DNA of 63,303 nt, the filler included, from Theionarchaea archaeon (GTDB taxonomy: Archaea; Methanobacteriota_B; Thermococci; Methanofastidiosales; SZ-28-30), in NCBI GenBank assembly GCA_018992565.1. It is 6 parts of 6 records of this genome, joined end to end, with 100 filler letters (N's around TTAATTAATTAA, not from the genome) between each part and the next. Parts side by side here need not be neighbours in the genome. Positions count along the whole stretch, not along the records: positions 53,339 to 63,303 come from JACVGW010000089.1; 5 more parts are not named here. The stretch is one strand, 5' to 3'. The translations under genes and the position numbers were made by a program. A model generated the notes under the pieces. It did no database searches. It had not been told where the DNA came from and saw only the letters and a program-made list of their open reading frames with translations. Numbering within the stretch: position 1 is the stretch's first letter; each line of letters opens with the position of its first letter. Of the stretch, positions 58,161 to 63,303 are shown one piece after another.

Positions 58161-58961
58161 TTACCCTCTTTTCCTCTTGGGGGATAGAACCACTGCTGCT
58201 CCGAAGATTGCTGAAGACACAAGTGCAATAGAGGAACCTACGGGAAGATCAGCCAGAAAAGAGATTGCTATTCCTGAGATACAGCATAGTACTCCAATGA
58301 TGGGCGAGACAATGGTGATTTTCTTCATATCATAGGAGAACTGGTATGCAGAGGAGGCAGGGTTAACCATCAATGCGAACACCAGCAGTCCTCCCACCAG
58401 TTTCAATGAGAAAGCTACTGTAATCCCTGTCAAGAACAAGATGAGATAGTAGAATGGTCTCGTATTGATGCCTGACGCTTCTGCCAGTTTCCTGGAAAAC
58501 ATGATAGCCTGGAATTCCTTGAAAAATAGCCAGTATATCAGGACTATTCCCACAGACAGCACTAATAGCCTCAGGACACTGGTCACTGTCATTCCCAGAA
58601 TACTTCCCCATAAAATGGAGAGAGCAACAGAACTCATGGCAGTTTGAGGGATCAAATTGAGGAATACTAACCCTAGAGAGATCATCAAGGAAAAAATAAC
58701 ACCCAGAATGACATTGGTGGGCAGGTTTGCTTTTTCTGCTAATGGTCCTAGGAGGAGAGCCACACCAATGGAGAATACAATGGCCAGTCCCAGAGGGTCC
58801 AGTGACAGCACAAGTCCCAAAGCAGCTCCTGCAAACGCTGCGTGAGACATGGCGAACCCTAATGAAGACAGGTTCATGCGTACCACAAAAGAGCCCACCA
58901 GTGAACAGGAAACCCCTGTTAGAATGGCCCCAGAAACAGCCAGTATCAAAAGCTCACTCAT
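58161..58961 (-). CDS. Metal ABC transporter permease (ZnuB-like)
   Basis: MSHAAFAGAALG, ILWGSIL, AEASGIN, VGGLLVFALMVNP. Confidence 0.92.
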   Translation of the reverse strand: MSELLILAVSGAILTGVSCSLVGSFVVRMNLSSLGFAMSHAAFAGAALGLVLSLDPLGLAIVFSIGVALLLGPLAEKANLPTNVILGVIFSLMISLGLVFLNLIPQTAMSSVALSILWGSILGMTVTSVLRLLVLSVGIVLIYWLFFKEFQAIMFSRKLAEASGINTRPFYYLILFLTGITVAFSLKLVGGLLVFALMVNPASSAYQFSYDMKKITIVSPIIGVLCCISGIAISFLADLPVGSSIALVSSAIFGAAVVLSPKRKRG

Positions 58962-59650
58962 GGCATCACCTTGAAGTGTTTGTCAGACACAATTTTTCCC
59001 TGTTCCATGGTGATAATTCGCCTGCAGGCAGGAGGAATGGAACTTCTGTCATGAATCACCATTAGAATTGTCAATCCGTTCTCATTCAAGGTGGTGAGCT
59101 TCTCAGCAAGTTCAGAGCGAGATTTCATGTCCAGGTTGCTGAAGGGCTCATCCAGGAGGAGCATTTCAGGTTCTGAAGCCAGAGCTCTGGCAATCATGAC
59201 CTTCTGGAGCTGCCCTCCGGAAAGTTTCCCCACAGGGGTGCGTCTTAACACATCCACAGAAAGAAACAACATGGCCTCCTGCACAATATAACGATCCTTC
59301 CGTGTTGGAGACTTGAACAGACCTATCTTACCATAGCGACCCATCATGACAACATCTTCCACGATAAAAGGGGTCAGAGAATCACAGATGAACTCCTGGG
59401 GCACATATCCAATTCTCTTCCTGATTCGTGTACCGTCCGTTTTCAGGTTCATATCCCCCACAGTAATGACACCTTCAGAAGGGAGTAACCCATTGATTGT
59501 TTCCAGAAGAGTCGTTTTCCCGGCCCCATTGGGTCCTACTATGGTGATAAATTCACCTGGTTGTATTCTTAGGGTTATATTCTTGATGGAGGGGACTTTT
59601 GCACCCTCGTATACTGTGGATACGGTTTTCAGTTCAATCAGGGGACACAT
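58958..59650 (-). CDS. Metal ABC transporter ATP-binding protein (ZnuC-like)
   Basis: GPNGAGKTT, IGYVPQ, LSGGQLQ, LLDEPF. Confidence 0.93.
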   Translation of the reverse strand: MCPLIELKTVSTVYEGAKVPSIKNITLRIQPGEFITIVGPNGAGKTTLLETINGLLPSEGVITVGDMNLKTDGTRIRKRIGYVPQEFICDSLTPFIVEDVVMMGRYGKIGLFKSPTRKDRYIVQEAMLFLSVDVLRRTPVGKLSGGQLQKVMIARALASEPEMLLLDEPFSNLDMKSRSELAEKLTTLNENGLTILMVIHDRSSIPPACRRIITMEQGKIVSDKHFKVMP

Positions 59651-60044
59651 CAAATAACTCCTCATCTTTTCTGGTAAAGAGAGCCCGAGCAAAGGGTTCC
59701 AGTTCTTCTCTGGCAGCATGTGGAATACTGCTCAAGACCTCTTTTTTCATACTCAGTTTCACAGATTCTGCATCCGTGGAAAAGATCCCATACATCTCCT
59801 CATCTTCAGCCAGAGTGATATTCCCTTTTCCCATGGTGCACCCCGTGGCGAGCTGGATGCCATCCACAAGACATGAGTGCGGAGGGTTCCCCGGGGTGTG
59901 GATTTCAGCCTGAAGCTCAAAATGGGACTTTTTCAAGAGCGTGGTGGCCAGAAGACCCATTCTCAATCCCAGTACCAGGTACGGGCCGAGGTGCCCATGA
60001 AAAGCTTTTGCCTGATTGAGATATGATTCAGCAGACATGTGCAT
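59634..60044 (-). CDS. FmdE family protein
   Basis: FHGHLGPYLVLGLR, SCLVDGIQLATGCTMGKGN. Confidence 0.9.
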   Translation of the reverse strand: MHMSAESYLNQAKAFHGHLGPYLVLGLRMGLLATTLLKKSHFELQAEIHTPGNPPHSCLVDGIQLATGCTMGKGNITLAEDEEMYGIFSTDAESVKLSMKKEVLSSIPHAAREELEPFARALFTRKDEELFDVSPD

Positions 60045-60635
60045 GGTATCACGAACTGTAAATTTGTGCTACCCTTAAATGGTTTTGGGTTCTGCACGGG
60101 CGGGATTCTTGCAGACTTCCTTGGATACTTGGTATTAGTGGCTATTCCTGCTCTCACAATAGATGTAGTTCTAAGCTGCATTATGGCAATCCCAGCTAGT
60201 GCTTCCTGACCCAGAGAGGTGATTCCATGATGGGATGTCGACTGTCAACGCCTGAAGGTATAGAGGATATGCTAGGAATTCTGAAAAGAGACAGAGGGTT
60301 TCATCATTGACTCACATGAGGTGGAAACTGGATGATGCTGCACTGATTCCACGTGAGTACACGGTGATCCTGGCATGACAGATTAGATAACTTCATGCTG
60401 TGGACAGTTTTTCTGAGTTATATAGTCCTCATATATACTCTAGTTGAGTTATCATTTGAATGGAGGAGCGAAATACCTGTGCCAAGATAATTGGTTCGTT
60501 ACCGAATATATCTGGAAATTTGAGTCATCATGTGGCATTAATGGGTTTTTTCAGCCAAGAAGGAACATATTACTGTGAATGCTTTACCATTTTTCAACAG
60601 ATACCTTTATAAGACCGATTCATCTAACAACCTCC

Positions 60636-61082
60636 ATGACTAAAAGGAGGATGTTGTTGCTCACAGGGATTCTGGTTTCAGTGTGTGCCTGCATGGGTCA
60701 GAATGGTGGTGGTGTTCCACCCATGCCAGCTGATGTTCTGGGAGTCGATGCGACTCTGAAAATTACAGCACAAGATGCGGCAACGAATGATGTTACCATG
60801 CAATATACTCTGTTCTTCACTAACAACGGAGATACTGCCCTTGAAAAGGTCATACTAAAAGACTTCATACTTCCCAATGATGTCGTCATGGAGAAAGACC
60901 GGTTTGAGATTACCAATCTGAAACCTGGTGAACAGAAACCTGTCACCTTCACCGTCATTGTCAAGAGCTGGAGTGGGCAGGAGCAAGGATGGGAAGTCGA
61001 TTTCACTGTACGAATAGAAAGTGGGAATGCATTTACAGAACAGGATGTGTTCTACTATCAGATCCATCTCTCCCCTACCTAG
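60636..61082 (+). CDS. Hypothetical lipoprotein with Ig-like (DUF11/CARDB-like) domain
   Basis: Signal/lipobox LVSVCAC, then YTLFFTNNGDT and NLKPGEQKPVTFTV. Confidence 0.7.
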   Translation: MTKRRMLLLTGILVSVCACMGQNGGGVPPMPADVLGVDATLKITAQDAATNDVTMQYTLFFTNNGDTALEKVILKDFILPNDVVMEKDRFEITNLKPGEQKPVTFTVIVKSWSGQEQGWEVDFTVRIESGNAFTEQDVFYYQIHLSPT

Positions 61083-61123
61083 GCTCACTTTTCCCTTTTC
61101 CCTTTTTTAGCTGATTGTGAGGA

Positions 61124-62767
61124 ATGAGGATGGACCAAGCAACAAAGAGAGCCGGGAGTGTGATACTAGCAGCTGTTTTCTTTGCAGTAGGCGTTACAGG
61201 GTTACATACTCCCCCTGTCTTGCATTCTACCCACACTACCTGGACGTCTGATACTGTCTCAATTTGCTATGATTTATATCAGCCGAGGTCTGGACCTGCC
61301 AGCCCAGAACCGCATCCAGTGGTTTTCATTGGCCACGGAATTATGGTCAACAAGGAAATGATGACTAATTTTGCTTTGGAACTCGCTTCTCAAGGATATA
61401 TTGTGGCTAACATTGATTGGAGAGGTCACGGCCAGAGCACAGGAGACCTTGCAGCAGAAGGACTTATGAGAGACCTGGAAGCTGTCCTCAGTGATGTTGC
61501 AGCTCGATCACCTTCAGATATGAACAGAATGGCTCTCCTGGGATATTCCATGGGTGGGTTTCCCACCTTTCAGTATGCAGTGGAAAATCCTGCAGTCAGA
61601 GCATGGGTAGGGGTGGGAACAGCCCCCGATGAAAGCGTGTGCAGTCCAGAAGTTCCAAAAAATGTGTTGATTCTCATCGCACGGTATGATGAGGCCTTTT
61701 CACCCGAAGAAGCAAAAGTGTCTATGTCGGCCTTGACAGGAGTTCCCGTTGAGGAGATTCAGTATGGGAAAGTCTATGGAGACTATGATGAGGGGACAGC
61801 GCGGAGTCTCGATATTGTGGAAAGGGCAGACCACCTCACCACCCCATGGAATTCTGACTTCATTGTCACTGCCACCTCCTGGATTTCGAAGGCATTTGGA
61901 GAGTCATACGAGCCAACCTCACTATTCCATGAAAGAGTCTTATACCTCGTTCTGGGAGTCACAGGGTTTATGGGGTTACTGGTGGCATTGTGTTACCTTC
62001 TCTCCCATTGGGTTGATCTGAAGCCCGCCACTCCTGTGAGTATTCCCATGTCACTGCCCCGATTTGCTGGGGGGTACTATGTGGTCACCCTGCTACTCGT
62101 GTTTACGGTGGTAGTATTTGCACCATTGGTTTTGACTCCTCTTCCCTTCACTGCAATGCTCACCATGCTCACAGGGGGATTGGGTGTGAATATGCTCTTC
62201 TACTCCTGGGTGATCTACAGAAAAAAGAACATATCTCTCTTCAATACTGTTAATGAAAGTCTATCTCGGGGTTTCAGAATCTGGATATTCTCTGGAGCAG
62301 TCACCCTGGTCTTTGTTGTAGGATACTACCTTCTTGTAGGGTCACAGTTTCTTGGGATGATCCCTTCCCGACCCAGAATCGTGTATTTGGGATTATACAT
62401 TGTCATTCTGTTCTGGATATTTTTGTCCTACTCGTTATTTATCCAGAAGTGTTCTCTCCCCATTCTCTCCCGGCTGAGCTTTGATAGCCGCATTCTCAGA
62501 TTCTCTGTTGCTGCACTCTTGAATTTTCTTTTGATCTATTCCTGGTTCGCCATCGTTATCATGAGCATCTGTGTCATACTGGGGAGTTTCTTCTTTGCCA
62601 TGGTACTGATCTTGATGGTGCCAATTTTCCTGTTCTTGACGTTCTTCAGTGTGTTCATGGAGAGGTTGACTGGTTCGATAGTCCCCAATGCAGTTCTTCA
62701 GGCAGTATGGTTGGGATTGGTCATAACGACACTGTCACCTTTTGGGGCAGGTGCGGGTATTCTGTAA
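61124..62767 (+). CDS. Alpha/beta hydrolase fused to multi-pass membrane domain
   Basis: FIGHG, DWRGHGQS, LGYSMGG (GxSxG), DH, followed by ~8 TM helices. Confidence 0.85.
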   Translation: MRMDQATKRAGSVILAAVFFAVGVTGLHTPPVLHSTHTTWTSDTVSICYDLYQPRSGPASPEPHPVVFIGHGIMVNKEMMTNFALELASQGYIVANIDWRGHGQSTGDLAAEGLMRDLEAVLSDVAARSPSDMNRMALLGYSMGGFPTFQYAVENPAVRAWVGVGTAPDESVCSPEVPKNVLILIARYDEAFSPEEAKVSMSALTGVPVEEIQYGKVYGDYDEGTARSLDIVERADHLTTPWNSDFIVTATSWISKAFGESYEPTSLFHERVLYLVLGVTGFMGLLVALCYLLSHWVDLKPATPVSIPMSLPRFAGGYYVVTLLLVFTVVVFAPLVLTPLPFTAMLTMLTGGLGVNMLFYSWVIYRKKNISLFNTVNESLSRGFRIWIFSGAVTLVFVVGYYLLVGSQFLGMIPSRPRIVYLGLYIVILFWIFLSYSLFIQKCSLPILSRLSFDSRILRFSVAALLNFLLIYSWFAIVIMSICVILGSFFFAMVLILMVPIFLFLTFFSVFMERLTGSIVPNAVLQAVWLGLVITTLSPFGAGAGIL

Positions 62768-62917
62768 TGACGACTGTCTTCTGCTGTCAGACGGAGAACC
62801 ATCACCTGGACAATATGCTGGTTCTCACATGTAAAAGCTCCATTGCCGCACATTCAGGACCATGTCTTTCCGTGATTACATGCAAAATTTTAAATAGTGG
62901 TATCGTGAAGTAATACC

Positions 62918-63303
62918 ATGAATACAAAGGTGGTCTTCACGTTAATTCTTCTCATCATCGGTTCACTCGAAGTGGTAAACTCCCAGGGAGCCACATTCAA
63001 CCAGATGTCTTCACTTTTTTCTTCATACACATTCATGGTTGCAGGAGACCAGGCCTACTGCACTGATGTCATGGGGTCATCAAAGATTTCATATGGGCTG
63101 GCATACAGTGGTGTAACACAGAATCCAGAAGGAAGAACTGATCTCATTCTGACCCAGATGGAACATGATACTGGCAACCTGGTTATCGTGGGAGGTCCTG
63201 CAGTCAACCCTGTAGCCACTGAATTTGACGCAGTGTTTGGTGTAACCTATAACAACAACCCGGGTGTCTCCTTTGAGATTTTTGCTGATGGGTACTCCAT
63301 CTT
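62918..63303 (+). CDS. S-layer-like secreted protein (3' end runs off window)
   Basis: Manual translation: signal MNTKVVFTLILLIIGSLEVVNS, then GNLVIVGGPAVNP, matching the NLILVGGPxAN motif of euryarchaeal S-layer proteins. Confidence 0.7.
   Translation, partial: MNTKVVFTLILLIIGSLEVVNSQGATFNQMSSLFSSYTFMVAGDQAYCTDVMGSSKISYGLAYSGVTQNPEGRTDLILTQMEHDTGNLVIVGGPAVNPVATEFDAVFGVTYNNNPGVSFEIFADGYSI

Overview
Archaeal metagenome-assembled DNA, judged from PolD DP2, GHMP-type shikimate kinase, type 2 IPP isomerase, diphthine-ammonia ligase, TATA promoters and GGAGGTGA ribosome-binding sites. A Thermococci/Theionarchaea-like lineage is my unverified impression. The window is six unrelated ~10-11 kb contigs joined by N-TTAATTAATTAA-N spacers (11175, 22001, 32617, 43165, 53239), plus two 100-N scaffold gaps, so adjacency across spacers is meaningless. 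Most genes are housekeeping or transport: rfbA/rfbD, RNase HIII, tRNA-Gly, polC, an aromatic amino acid operon containing aspartokinase, nrdJ, pssA, fni, hypE, an FrhB-family protein and ABC systems. The main discovery is a set of small peptide genes missed by the ORF track and linked to radical SAM/SPASM enzymes. (1) Four tandem 24-27 aa paralogues (MEPRVEDYxDxTCVAST plus a variable tail, 5864-7112), each with its own TATA box, SD and T-rich terminator, lie on the same contig as a PqqD/RRE-radical SAM-SPASM gene. That gene converges on another 31-aa MKWEKP... two-Cys peptide. (2) A 50-aa peptide with three CxxGxxP motifs (37929-38081), preceded by a structured 5' leader, sits directly upstream of two tandem radical SAM/SPASM genes. 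These look like candidate undescribed archaeal RiPP systems. Other oddities include a secreted Gly/Ser-rich peptide convergent with a regulator, a 17-aa Lys-rich peptide ending in Cys, an M48 protease-prenyltransferase-repeat fusion, a standalone GatE GAD domain and a Trm5/Taw2 pseudogene.
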